DNA of 62,241 nt, the filler included, from Choristocarpus tenellus KU-1152 (taxonomy: Eukaryota; Protista; Phaeophyceae), in the NCBI GenBank assembly GCA_964200185.2. It is 5 parts of 5 records of this genome, joined end to end, with 100 filler letters (N's around TTAATTAATTAA, not from the genome) between each part and the next. Parts side by side here need not be neighbours in the genome. Positions count along the whole stretch, not along the records: positions 9,070 to 19,607 come from CAXNAD020002870.1; positions 19,708 to 51,679 come from CAXNAD020000076.1; 3 more parts are not named here. One strand, written 5' to 3'. The notes under the pieces are model-generated. The model did not search any database and had not been told where the DNA came from. It saw only the letters and a program-made list of their open reading frames with translations. The position numbers were made by a program, and so were the translations under genes. This document shows positions 10,420-26,599 of this stretch, in pieces (positions within the stretch are counted from its first letter, which is position 1; each line of letters opens with the position of its first letter).

Positions 10420-13400
10420 CCCCAGTGGTTGAATTGCTCCAGTCTGGGAAGGGGGGGGGGAGGAGTATTGTGTATTAATTGTGGGTTAGGCACCAGTTGT
10501 GCAGCACACAATTGAATGTAGTGTATCATTTTAGCTGATTTTTTTTTTTGTAAATCCGTGTGTTGTATGCTCTGCTTCCGTTCACACCTTTATTTTTGTA
10601 AGTACCCTTCCTAAGCTTTCGATGTGTAGGTCGGCTTGTAGTAAACAAACGACTGGATTGTGCAAGTGCATCTAAGACAAATCTTGGCCTTTGTATGTGC
10701 GTGTGTGTGGATTTTCATTTTATCTATTGGATTATTTCCAAAAGCTTTGGTGTTATTTAAGCGCCATGCATAGGTTTTTGATGTATACTGCTGGACTGTG
10801 ATCAATGAAATAGTAGGTGCAAGTTAGTTGATGTTTAAGGAGAATAAGGGGGGGGAGGCAATAGCACCCGAATGTATTGAAAACCCCTATGGGGTGCACA
10901 GGCAAAGAAGTGCACAGCTAGGAGGAAGTACCTGGTACTTGATACATTGCACGAAAGAGACCTTGCACATGACATGGCCATATTTTCACACATGCAGCAA
11001 TAAAAAATGTATACTTACAAACATGTATGTACAGAGATCCCTGGCTGCCAATACTCCCATGTGCTTCAATTTATGTAAGTCTATATCTCTTTGTATAAGC
11101 AATTTAATGTATTTCTTATGGAACAGCAAGATCACAGGAAATTTTAGGCATCACATGTAGTGTTTGCCACAGCAATTGTATATGAGCTGCTCATACAGTG
11201 AATTTCATCTCAGGTGGGTCAGATTTATGTGAATACTAATTTTATGCTTTTCCCTAAATAACAGGGCCCTACCTTTCTACTTTGGGCAAGCTTGAGGGGT
11301 AGGGGTAGAGACAAATGGCATTTTTTTAATCTTTTTTCAGTGAGTTATGTTCTCACAACATATCATCTCAGTCGCATTCTGAATTGGATATTTTGGGAGT
11401 ATGATCGCAAAACGGTATGTGGACCATATGGCATGGTGTAATATTTTGCAGAATAATTTATATTATAAAAGACTATAGCGTAGATTGGCCTTTGCACCAT
11501 ACGACACTCACAGTAGCAGAGTGGCTGTGAAGACCCCATGAGCTATCCCAGAGATGAATAGTGACAACAAAATAAAAGTACATGTAAGGACCAACACCAA
11601 TGGCACTGGAGTAAGTAAGTGTTCTTTTGAAAAGCATAGGATATTGCTTTGGGGGGTAGGCATGGATGTGAATGGGACATTTTTACTTAGTTGGCAGTAC
11701 AGTGTTCCTCCGGATCATGTTCAACAATATTTGCCTTACAACATCACTTATTAACCTTACACTGACCTGCCCACCCACCCATATGAAGTCAAGCAGGAAT
11801 AATTGAATTCATAATGAAAATTGATACCCTGCTACATATTGAAGCCTCAATTGAATCACTGCCTTATTGTATGCAGTTATGACACTGTGAAGAGGGTAAA
11901 CCATATCAGAACAAGCACTTTTGATACATTTTTCCCACAGAAAGACCACTGTCTTGATTTCTACTGTTTTGAAGTACACAGCTTGTAGACCTTTTGTTGT
12001 GAAGCGTTGCCACAGAGGATTGTGTGCATTGAGGATGTTGCTTACATGTGATATCTCAACAGAGATTTACCCCTCTATTCTATCTTTCCCCTTGAGAAAG
12101 TCTTTTTATATGGTGGAAGGGTTGCTTTTGCAAAAGCAGCAATCAGGAACAGAAAGAAATCACAGCAAAAATAGAAGCAGTGGAAATCTACTCATGGATG
12201 AAACAAGTTCAACAGCCCTTGAGTCCTGCCTCTCTCAGTTCCTGCTTGGATGTCCAATATTTTTCTAATATTTGAAGAGTCTGATGCACTTGGATCAAAA
12301 AGGTGCCACGGAGATGGCAACACATGTTAAGTATCTTCTCATGTGGGTCAACCATCCACGACAATGACCACTGAGCACAGTAAACACTTCATTCTCAAGG
12401 TAGTTGATCACTGCCTACAGAACAAGGGCCTTACGGACAAAAGTACCAAACTGTATCATTAAATGCTCGTGCTACAGGTAGTGTACATAACCCCAAAACT
12501 GCCCCCTGTTCCAGCGACAATAGTTGTTGGCATTATCTTGTCAAGATGCTGTCAGTTGAGATTTGTTGCACACTTCAAAAATCTTGAAAGACGTGATATC
12601 CTGTTTACTTGGTTGAGTGCATCTTGTGGTGTATTAACCATATAATTGTGTGCGAAGAACAGCATGCTCTAAGTGTGGAATGGTTGAACACAAAGGGCAC
12701 AGGAAATAGATGATGCATGTTCACAGCATTGAATGATAGAAATATAAGTATTTAAGACTACATATTTTTCCACAATATTTGAGAGATAGTGTGCAAAGCG
12801 CTTAGCCTTGTCCGGTTGAAGAACCTGCCCTGGCCTAGTCAAACGCATTTCTACTCAACCAGCCAGGCCATGGTATCCAAGAGGGAGGGATGATTAGCTT
12901 GGGTTGCCCCTGCGGGGCTTGATGAGGTATTGTAAGACACCCCAGTTTGATACTTTTTTTGCTGGTGATTTTCCTTCAAAATTAGTTCAGGGAAGGAGAT
13001 GGAGAAGGGAGGTGTAATTTGATTAAAAGGGCCCTTGTTAAAGAAGCTGCTATTCCCAAGACTTGCGTATCTAAATGACACGATTAATTCCTTACTGTAT
13101 AGAACAAGTTGTTCATGAAGTAAAGAAAGTGCAAGGAGGAGTGAACATCTGAGCCCAAAAGGAGGGGGGGTCCTTGTCACTAAATCATTCACATTCTAAT
13201 AACTCACTCATTCTATTACTTAATAGAACATTCCTGTCAATTATCTCGTTATCGAACAATGGTCCAATAACTGATTGTCTCCTACAGAATCTTTTTTTAC
13301 ATATGAATGAAAAGCATATTCTTAACACCACTTGAATACCTACACGTTGACTAAAATGACATGGAAAACACTACAGGGTCAAGCAGGCCCCCAATGGAAA

Positions 13401-15735
13401 CCCCACTCCCTCTCTTGTATACTATAGGTCAGCCCACAAACCCAATTGGAAAACTTCTTACCAGACCTGCTAGCAGTCCAGTGTTAAACCCTGATACATT
13501 CTCAAGTTACCCACAGTAGTGCAAGAAGGTACTGTGCACGTCTAATGTTGAGTGTGGGGTGTATTATTGTGCACATTATACTTGATCCTGTACTGACAGG
13601 GTGAGCAGATGCATCTCCAAGGATTGAGACTTGACACTCTCTTAGACACAAGGAATGTGTACACACCAGAGGGGCACAGCATGGGACATTGTTATCATTC
13701 ACCTGCATCAGCCCTTAAAAAGATAGTCACAATATGGTTGATATGTCAATAATATATGGCAAAAAATTAAGCTCTTGTTGCAGGATGGGTTGTACTAACT
13801 ATAAAGTGGTCCAAGGCTTATATAATTCCCTATGGCGACAGGTTCTGGGGGCGATGTACTGTCATTTTTATTTTTAGTGACCATGTTCTTGATAGACCCT
13901 TACAAATGTTACCTCTGACTGGGTGGTGTGTAGTTGCATCAATGTCACACAGCATATACGCATCTTAATTCATCTTTCCTGGGACACAGCAGGTGATCAG
14001 GGGGTTTTCATGGAAATTGGTAACAGTGCTCTTAATGCAATATTAATTAGCCTTGATAACTACGAACTTCAAGATGAGGAGGAGCTTTTTCTCAGCGTTG
14101 AATTCGTGTTAACTGAATGGCAATATTTTTCATGCAACTGAATGTTTTGAATCTCTCGATACTTGCCCCCCTATTGAAGTCTGCAAATCTTTACGTGTTA
14201 CGTTTCAGAGGAGACTTGACATCTTATTGGACATGGGAGCAGGGAGCGAGAAAAGAAGCGGAGTCTGTACTCAATTCGATGCCATTTCCTAACTTTTCAT
14301 CTTTTGAATGTGCACAGACCTTGCAAGCGCATGTTCAGGGTGTAGTTGAGCTGTGTCCTGCATTGCAACCTCACAATCGTACCTTGATCAATCCCATTTT
14401 GTGGTGATCTGTGTATAGATCCAGTCTCCCCTAAATGCTGCTGTGCAGTACCCTCCATTCCCACATGCTGATGCCGGTGGTGCTTTTTGTGTCCCTCCAC
14501 AATATTATTTCCGTAGTTTTTTGCGTCCAAGACTGTGTTTATGATGGGTATGGTAAAGAGTAGCATCGGGTATCGGCTAATATACTCCAGGAGTACCAGG
14601 AGACGACAGACAGGGGGAAAGCTGTGCCTTTATAAGAAAGGTTAAATGTACTTGTTTGCGTAGCGAGCAGAGGTAAACACAGTTGTATAAAATTGCGGTC
14701 TATGGATAACCTGGATGTACAAAGTCCCTAGGAGGGATCTCTAAACTCACAAGGGTGGCATGGAGGTTCTGCCTAGTCTGAAACGAAATACACACACATT
14801 GAGCAACCCAGTCACATCCTGCAACCACCAAAAGCATCACGGGATAAACTCAACCTACCCTACCTCATTCCATTCATTTATCTGATCCGATAAACATGAC
14901 AATAATCTTATTAGCTGCAAACAACAATGTTGCACCCTTGAGTCAATTTGGGTGAGCAAGACGTTCAAGTGAAAGGTGGGCAGTCGAGTGTTGGAAAAGA
15001 AGGATCCGATGCAGAGGGGTACGCAAGGAATCGGAGCGATTGAGATGGATTGTAGTAAAAGGACTTGAAGTGTTGTGATCTTCTTCCAAAAATGGTAATT
15101 TTGCTTGGTATTCCATCATTCCATCAAAACTTTTTCCATCTTCTATCTTTTAGTTGTTCTCTTCCCACTTATCCCAACTAAAAAGTCAAAACATCTTGAT
15201 TATCAATGTTATGAGGGATTTTTTTGAAGCGGATCGACACCTTTTTTGGTGGACAAACTTGAGATGCCATACAGCATCTTGTTTTTGTCACTGTTGTTGA
15301 AAATAACGTTGAAGATCTTTTAATATTTTTTTGTTCTCTCCTCTTGATCTGAAACAGACGAATGCCAACAGCCCGCGGTTTCTCGCAGCTGGTAGAAAGC
15401 CAGACTTCAACCAGTACTAAGTCCCATTCAATTTTCCAGTTAAAGGCGTACATTCATATAGCTTGATCCGAGTACAACCAAAACAACACAAAGAAAGCCC
15501 AACATCACACCCAAACCGAAGTCGTCTGATATCGTAGTTTGAGGTTGTGGTTCACCGAAGTTCCTGTTCCCAGCGCTCCACTCGATTTCATAAGAGTCTT
15601 CCCTCAGAACGCTGAGCTTCACACATAATTCGGTGTGATTGTTCAATTGTTTCGACGGTATCTGAATTTTGGGCGGCCCTGAGCCTAGTTGCGGTAGTTC
15701 GCGGGTTGGCAGGGTGGCAAACTTCATCTTTCCTG

Positions 15736-17122
15736 ATGGCACCACCACAGGAGGCTAGTCCCTACCGCCCCATAGCCTCCTATTCAAATGAAGCGAAGCG
15801 GATGCGGACGTCCGTTGGGCGACAACCGGGATTCTCAACCACTACTCGGGCCTCTACTGGTGTAGCTACTTCAATGACCAACAAGGGGTCTGTCTACAAG
15901 GCACAGAGAGGAAAGGGTGAGAGCTTGATAGTGCACTTCAGATCGCTTACAATCATTGTTCATCCCATCAATACTGATGGTGTCTAGTTTCAGAAGATTG
16001 CGCAATGAACCTTCGGTGCTGTGTGAGACATAATGGCAACATTGTGTGACGTTCGCCAATTGTCTTCCTGACTGCATTACACCCTTTTAGTTATTAAGTG
16101 GTCATCATCCTAAATAAGTACCTTCGCTGACTAGCACCCCCCCAAACCCCGCGCATCTTCAACATCCAGCCGTTAATACCGCAGCTGTGAAGTCAAAGTC
16201 ACCCACCACCCACCGACGACGAGGACGAAAGGGGAAATCTGTCTACCGAGGGGTGTGTGTCACGCGGGAGGGGAAGTGGAGAGCAGTTATTTACAAAGAA
16301 CGGAAACAGGTAAAGGTTGGGAATTCCGACTAGCTTGTCCGTGGTTCCTAAAAAATCTAGATCTTGTTCTACTGAACAATACCTAACGAATACTGCCCCA
16401 CATGTTACCTCCAGCTTTATCTTGGGGTTTACGAGTCTGAAGTGGATGCGGCTAAGGCTCACGATCGCGCAGCACGATTTCACTTTGCGGAGAATGCAGT
16501 CTGCAACTTCGAAAATGAAGATGAGGCTGACAAAGAGCTTATGCTACAGAAGGAATTGGAGAGTAATAAGCAGGAACAGGGACAGGAAGATTACAGTACG
16601 GAAGTACTTGTCGGAGTGGATGCGGAAGATGGTGAGGGGGCAGGGGAAGCTGAAGAGGATGAGGTGACAACAGACGATGGAAACTGGTACGACCAATGCT
16701 ATGATATGTATGCTTCGTCATCAACAGACTCCATCACAGACTCCCCTGAGCATGAAGGCGTCAGCTCTGCGGATTCTTTCTTGAGTAGTACACGGGACAG
16801 CAGCAGTAGCACACTGCCATCGATTCAGCACCAACTGATGTCGCCCCTTGCTGAGTTTGGCTTCCCTTTTCCAGAGGACCTTCTCGGCTATGATGTGCAC
16901 GCTTCTCAAAAGCTACCAAATGGGTCTCTAGGGCTAGCAGGAGGTGTAGATGCGCTCTCTATGCCCTTTGGACACCAAAACCATGGCTTGGACCCATACG
17001 ACTCTGAACCACCACCGACCTGCAATACGCCCCTAGGTGGAATCGAAAGCTTGTCTGGAGATGGGGTTTTTTTTCCCTGTGGTCTTAACCCCTACTTAGT
17101 TGATGCTACAGAAACACACTAG
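15736..17122 (+). CDS. AP2/ERF-domain transcription factor B, 3 exons (15736-15916, 16170-16309, 16415-17122), about 342 aa
   Basis: Spliced: RRRGRKGKSVYRGVCVTREGKWRAVIYKERKQ|LYLGVYESEVDAAKAHDRAARFHFAENAVCNF. A basic NLS-like stretch precedes the domain and an acidic, Ser-rich tail follows. GT-AG introns keep frame (1029 nt total). Confidence 0.88.
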
Positions 17123-19465
17123 TTGATAGGGTGTGTCTAGACCCCCAGACCTTACGAGCTTTACCGCGTCTTCCCAGACCGCCTCCCTGGCGATGTCGCA
17201 ACCCGTAGGCGGCTGATCCAGACTATCTGGCGACCGTGTAGTGTCGGGTGAAAGCTGAGTTCTTAACAGCAGTTCACCATAAGGAGGTGTAGTGAGAGTA
17301 GACCAGGTGTCAAGCGCACAATGTTAATTCAGGGTTCACAGGGGAGAGTTATCTTACATGATGTGAGATTTGTTATGCATCATTTATGGTTGCACATGAC
17401 CAGCTCAGGATCCCTCCCCACGCCCCAACCCTGTTTCCCCTAGCCACACCTTGTGTTTATTCCAGATTAATGTCATTTTTGTGTACAATTAGAGTGCCAT
17501 CTGGCCCCATATTGATGTGTGGGGAAAGTAAATTTGGCTGGGGAGAAGGCATTAAATGAGAGTAGAGGAATCTCAAATGTGTTTTTGAGCACTATGAGGT
17601 GCGTAACAGGTTGGGGAGTTGTACCCCTTATGAGGTGGGCTTCATTATTCCAAGCCTGAGTTCTATTACGTCTTAGACCCATTGCAGGTAGCAGCACTTA
17701 CTCAGACGTAGGGACCTCTTTTGTGGGACCTAATCGACTGTTGTGTGTGCTCCCTGCACTACAAAGTCATCCAGGGCTGTCTGCAGGGTGATGGCAGTGA
17801 CAAAGAGTTGAATAAATAGTCAATACATGCTTCAATAGAACTAAACGTGCGCTGTGCTGTCTATTTCATATCTACCACCACTGCCACAGCTACAACCAGT
17901 TGTCATTTATTTATCAACACTTTTTAGTCCTTTCAAGGGGTCATTTTTGAAGCAAGATCAGGAGTTGCTCTGCCCATGAGTTGCAGTCCAGGAATCAATC
18001 AAAACTCCCTAAGAACAACACCACTTGATCTAAGTTTGAGGTAGGTCAAGATAAACCTTGCCATTCACATCGTACATGCAGTAATCAATATGGGGTTTTG
18101 AATCAGAATTCTGAGTTTTCAATTAAATGTGCTTTATCGAATCAAATCATATGTGCAGTGCTGACTGGAGTGAAGAAAAGCTGAGCTCACGGGAGAGTTC
18201 ATGACAAATCTCTTCAGTGCATAATAAACACACTAGAGAACACAATTACAATCAAAATTTTTCAACTATAAATAGGATTGTCAACTGATGTAACCCTTCA
18301 GAACAAGTGAGAAGCCTTCCCCCACATCGTATCTGTGTGGGTGTCATCTGGGGTAAAGTCTCTCCAGAAATCTGAAATATCTTCAGGAGGAATGCACCTG
18401 TTGAATAGTGTTGGTGGGATTCCTCATAAAATGTGGGACAGGAAAGACCTTTCAATTCCCACAATCTATCCACCACAGCAACTATCAGGAGAAACAAGGC
18501 TACCACAGACATCTCATTGGTTCATACAACTTATCTCTTGGTATAAAGCATAGTGTGTGCCGGATGCATTTTTGTTAGGCACGATTTGTGTACTTGTCAT
18601 CCACAACACTAGAGTTATTGAGGATTGAGTGTTATGACCTGTAGTAAACTTTGGGAAACTTGTACCAGAATGTTTCACGTTAGCGTAAAGTGCATGTGTC
18701 ATCTCATTATACGTGATGTCAAATCTTGTTCTAACATTGTTAATAAAACAAAGCAACTCAGATCACCAGATCCTTGACATTCTGAACAATACGCCATGTT
18801 CCAATGGAACTCCATCCAGTGCAGCTTACATAGGCTTGAGGTGGTGTGCTCTACTCTGGACCTCCCAAAAGGTCCAGCATGGTAATAACCGACTTGAACA
18901 TATTTTCTCTCCTTCCTTGAGCCACTCACACTGTTCATCCAAGCACCTACATCTTTTTTTTCCCTGTCTCTAGTTGCTGCATTGCTTTTTCTTTAATCCA
19001 TGTTTACAGTGCATGATCATGTCCATCCACGAGCAGATGATGATAAGCATTCCTTGCAAGCAACCACTAGGCTCCTCGCAGAACTCCCCATTCAAGTGTA
19101 ACTCAAGTGAAAGTAGTATATGTGTATGCTGAGCATTGCTAGTCATGAAGGGGTAGATATTTGCAATCATTGTCAGACACCCCCCCCCTTTCCTTCTACC
19201 AGTAGTTAATAAATTATTATTGAGGGGATGGTTGGCCCAGAGTGTGACTTGTTTTTATCCAGTCTGGCGGGGTTATGACCTGTGATGCCTTCATCAGTTG
19301 TTGATAATTCCCTATCGTTTAGTTCAATCATCAAATTTTTGCACAGGCAGGCACAGCCCCTCCTGGCATAATGCACTCAATCCACTCAAGCCGAGCTGAT
19401 TCCTGCTAACCAGGAACAGCCCTCCAATGTACCTTTCCTCCTAGTGCTGTCCGAGTCCTACTCAT

Positions 19466-19607
19466 GGGTCAAAGTATCTCAGTGGGGGGTGTCGGCGTCC
19501 GTTTTTCACCCTTTTTTCGATTTTCACTTTTTTGGTGTGATTTGGTCGTACGTGTCGGATTTGAAGAAAAAAAAAAAAAAAGAGTTGTTTGACCGAAACG
19601 GACGCCC
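19466..19607. mobile_element. Probable MITE end (family D or B-related), truncated by a gap
   Basis: gggtcaaagtatctcagtggggggtgtcggcgtccgttttt shares the terminal motif and subterminal layout of families A and B. Confidence 0.55.
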
Positions 19608-19707
19608 NNNNNNNNNNNNNNNNNNNNNNNNNNNNNNNNNNNNNNNNNNNNTTAATTAATTAANNNNNNNNNNNNNNNNNNNNNNNNNNNNNNNNNNNNN
19701 NNNNNNN
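19608..19707. other. Artificial N linker
   Basis: 100 bp of N with central TTAATTAATTAA. Confidence 0.95.
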
Positions 19708-19824
19708 TTTTTTTACTTTGTAGGGGTTTTCTTGTTTTTTTTGAGAAAAAAATGGTCCTCCTTTTTCGTTTCCCCCTTCCTCCCCCCCCCCCCTCCCTCC
19801 CACACACACACGTGCACTGATCAG

Positions 19825-23746
<3,922 letters not shown>

Positions 23747-23976
23747 ATAAGATAATCTCCATTTGTCCTGCATTGAGAGGAATTTTTTTCCGCCTTTTCA
23801 GAGACGCATAATTATTCATTATGGGCTTTTACATGTCTGCAACAACAAACACTATACTCTGAGCATGCTCAGGTCTCCTTTTCATCTCAACAGTATGTTC
23901 CCAACTAGTCTCCCAATTTCCTCTCAAAACCTCATATTGGGGTGGGTACGTCATCATGGCTGGATGCTTTATAGGT

Positions 23977-26291
23977 TTACTTGATGTTGGTGCACCACTC
24001 GTGGTTGGCAATCTCTTGGTCAACCTCCTTTTCTATCTCGGGGTATTTCTCCCATACGTCTGCCACAGTTGTCTGTGCAAGAGAGACCAGGGGAATAAAA
24101 AGAAAACATGTGCGTTAGTTACGTAAAATATTTGAAAAATAGTGTGTAAGTAAACCTGGTGGGCTTGTGGAGTGGGGTCATAGACTAGAAGATTCTAGCT
24201 CTTGTACTTGTGAGATAAAACCGAACGATTTAGAAAAAAAAAGAAATAAAAAAGATGTGTAACATGTTCGATTTTCATACATCATTAACAATACAATAAT
24301 AACAAAATTAAGCAGCAAAATATCGAAGCGGTCTGTGCCTGGCACCTCCACATGTGTGCAGTAAGATTTAAAAATCCTTCGGGTGAGGTTCCTTGTAACA
24401 CTCAAAAGCATCTGCAAAAAAAATACTGAAAATGCCCTGATGTGTAGTGTAATGTACCTCAGCTGTGGTCTTGTTCTCCTCAAGGAAAGCCACCCGCGCA
24501 GTCAGCTCTTCAACCTTGGCCTTTGACTCTGCGACAAGGTCCCTAGCAAGCTGCAACTGATTGTCGGAAGAGGAGAGGAGTTAATCCGTAGACTCAACAA
24601 GGACATGGAAACGCTGCACTCTACTTTTTCCAAGCAAAATATCGCATGGTTTATTAGTGTTCAATCTTTTTCTTCAGGAATTCACTGCCGGTTACATACA
24701 CTTCAAATTTCTCATACTCGGTCCTGTCCACAACTCACATGCCGTATTTCGTGCTAGTAGGGTTAGTGTCAGTAGACAACTGTGGATCACATGCAAGTGT
24801 AGAATCTCTCCATACTTTGAAAATATCTTACGCCTGAGATGGTGATGCAAAAGTACTATTATACTTGGGTGCTTGTGGAAACAAGAATGGTGAAGGATGT
24901 GAAATGAACTGGGAGGGACATCGCCAGACTGCACTACTCTGAATTATTGTGGTATTGACTGCATGAGATCTACAGCCTCCTCTGTCATGAAGTAGGGTTC
25001 GCATGTTTACTTGTTCCAAACCTTGTCCAACAGTGTTTTGTTGTTCAAGGTGTAAAGTGACGGATTCAGCTGTCGCAACACAGCAAAGCTTAATGGAATG
25101 TTGGGATTGTCTGAATGAGAGTTTCTAGATTTTGAAGTGCTTAACAGGAGTTTCGTAGAAATGTGGCATACACTAATAAACATCCCGGGGGTAACAATTT
25201 CCTATCCATCATGGTGGTATGCATGATGAAGCGTCAGATGTTGATCCTTCACATTACCATATTTTTCAAGACCATCTCTAAAGTCTGTAGTTGCAAAAAA
25301 AAATGATGTAACAAAATGAAGAGGTGACTACATCATGGGCACTTCAATTATATGGGAGGAGAAATTGAGAGCACTTGAAAAGAGCTGAAGACAACCGCAA
25401 CCTGATTGCCTTTACTTCACTCACCGAAGGTTCGAAGCGAGCACGAATCTCGCTTTCATCCTCAGGAACGTATTGTGGCAAGGACGCCGAAGTATAGTCG
25501 CTCTCCAACTTGGCAATCTCAGGGTGATTGCCAAAAAACTCCTTGTACTGGGTCCAGTCAATTGGCTCAGGGGTGACCGAGAATTTTTGGTGCAGGCCCT
25601 AGCAGAAGAATTGAAGTTTTCAAGTGTGGGAATAAATAATACTGTGCATGGAATCCTATGTAAATCAATCTGTGTATGTACCAATATACACTATGCATCA
25701 ATAATAACAAACTAAGTTTTCTTCATGTATCACGTTATTTTCATGGCATGATGCAACAGACAGATAGGATGACGGCGTCGCGACTGCATTCGTTGCCGAT
25801 ATAGTGATCTTTGCCACAGAAATCGATAGCCTGTTCTTGATATGCCTCCACACTTCTGGAGCAAGTATAAGTGTGTTACCACCAAAGCTTGTATCAATTT
25901 CCTTACTAAGCAACAGCACTACATACCTCAATCTCCGCCACCTCCGCCTTGAATCGCATCACTTCTGCCTTATGCTCATCGTCCACACACTTGGAAACGA
26001 TTTGGTTCCTGCATAAGAACGAAGGGCACACACTTTTTGATCACCTTCACGCCGTTAATGATCACATAACTAACGACCTGTACGCTAGGTGAAGGAACAA
26101 GCAAGTCAAGCACAGAGATATGTATATTTCATGGACGTGGAACAGAACAACGCCACCCCAGCATCCGGTGAGACATGACTTAGCACAATCTTGCAAACCG
26201 CTTCACCCCAAAACAACGTTTCCTGCTCTCACCAGTCCACATGTTGAGCCGCAGCCCGCGGAACCGAACGGCGAAGGGCGCCAACGAGCAT
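23977..26291 (-). CDS. ATP5PD: Mitochondrial F1Fo ATP synthase subunit d, 5 exons (26291-26233, 26008-25927, 25598-25425, 24556-24458, 24072-23977), 169 aa
   Basis: Spliced: MLVGALRRSVPRAAAQHVDWNQIVSK...AEVMRFKAEVAEIE GLHQKFSVTPEPIDWTQYK...LVAESKAKVEEL...TTVADVWEKYPEIEKEVDQEIANHEW. The VDW, PEPIDWxxYK and terminal KYPE..DQEI..HEW motifs fit subunit d. The N-terminus is presequence-like. All four introns are GT-AG with consistent phases. Confidence 0.88.
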
Positions 26292-26599
26292 GATAGCGCT
26301 TTTAAGATTGGTTAAACCTCCTAGTTGTAATAGGCGCCCTGACCTGTGTGTATAGCACCAGAAATAATATATTGACCCCGCCCTCCAACGAAGCGCGCGT
26401 ACGATGATGAGGCGAGATATTACGGGATATACACGGGACAAAACGTTACTATATTTAGTTGATTGATTGATCTATAATCAATGGAGACTTTGGAATGACA
26501 GAGTGGTAGGATTATCGTAATTGGATAGCAAAATGCCAGGTGTATGGATGACACATGCCCTTTTAAGTAGTGACTGTTCCTTGAGTTACTGAACCTTGA

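Noticed and set aside
12200-12700. Possible MULE-like relic (GWLTHMRRYL on the minus strand)
   Set aside because: A single weak motif with no supporting domain or ends.
13990-14407. Two exon-like blocks (ELQDEEELFLSVEF; SYWTWEQGARKEAE)
   Set aside because: No consistent spliced frame, start codon or family motif could be established.
15440-15748. 102-aa minus-strand ORF with a hydrophobic C-terminus
   Set aside because: It overlaps the AP2-B start and upstream region and has no recognisable motif; probably a chance ORF.
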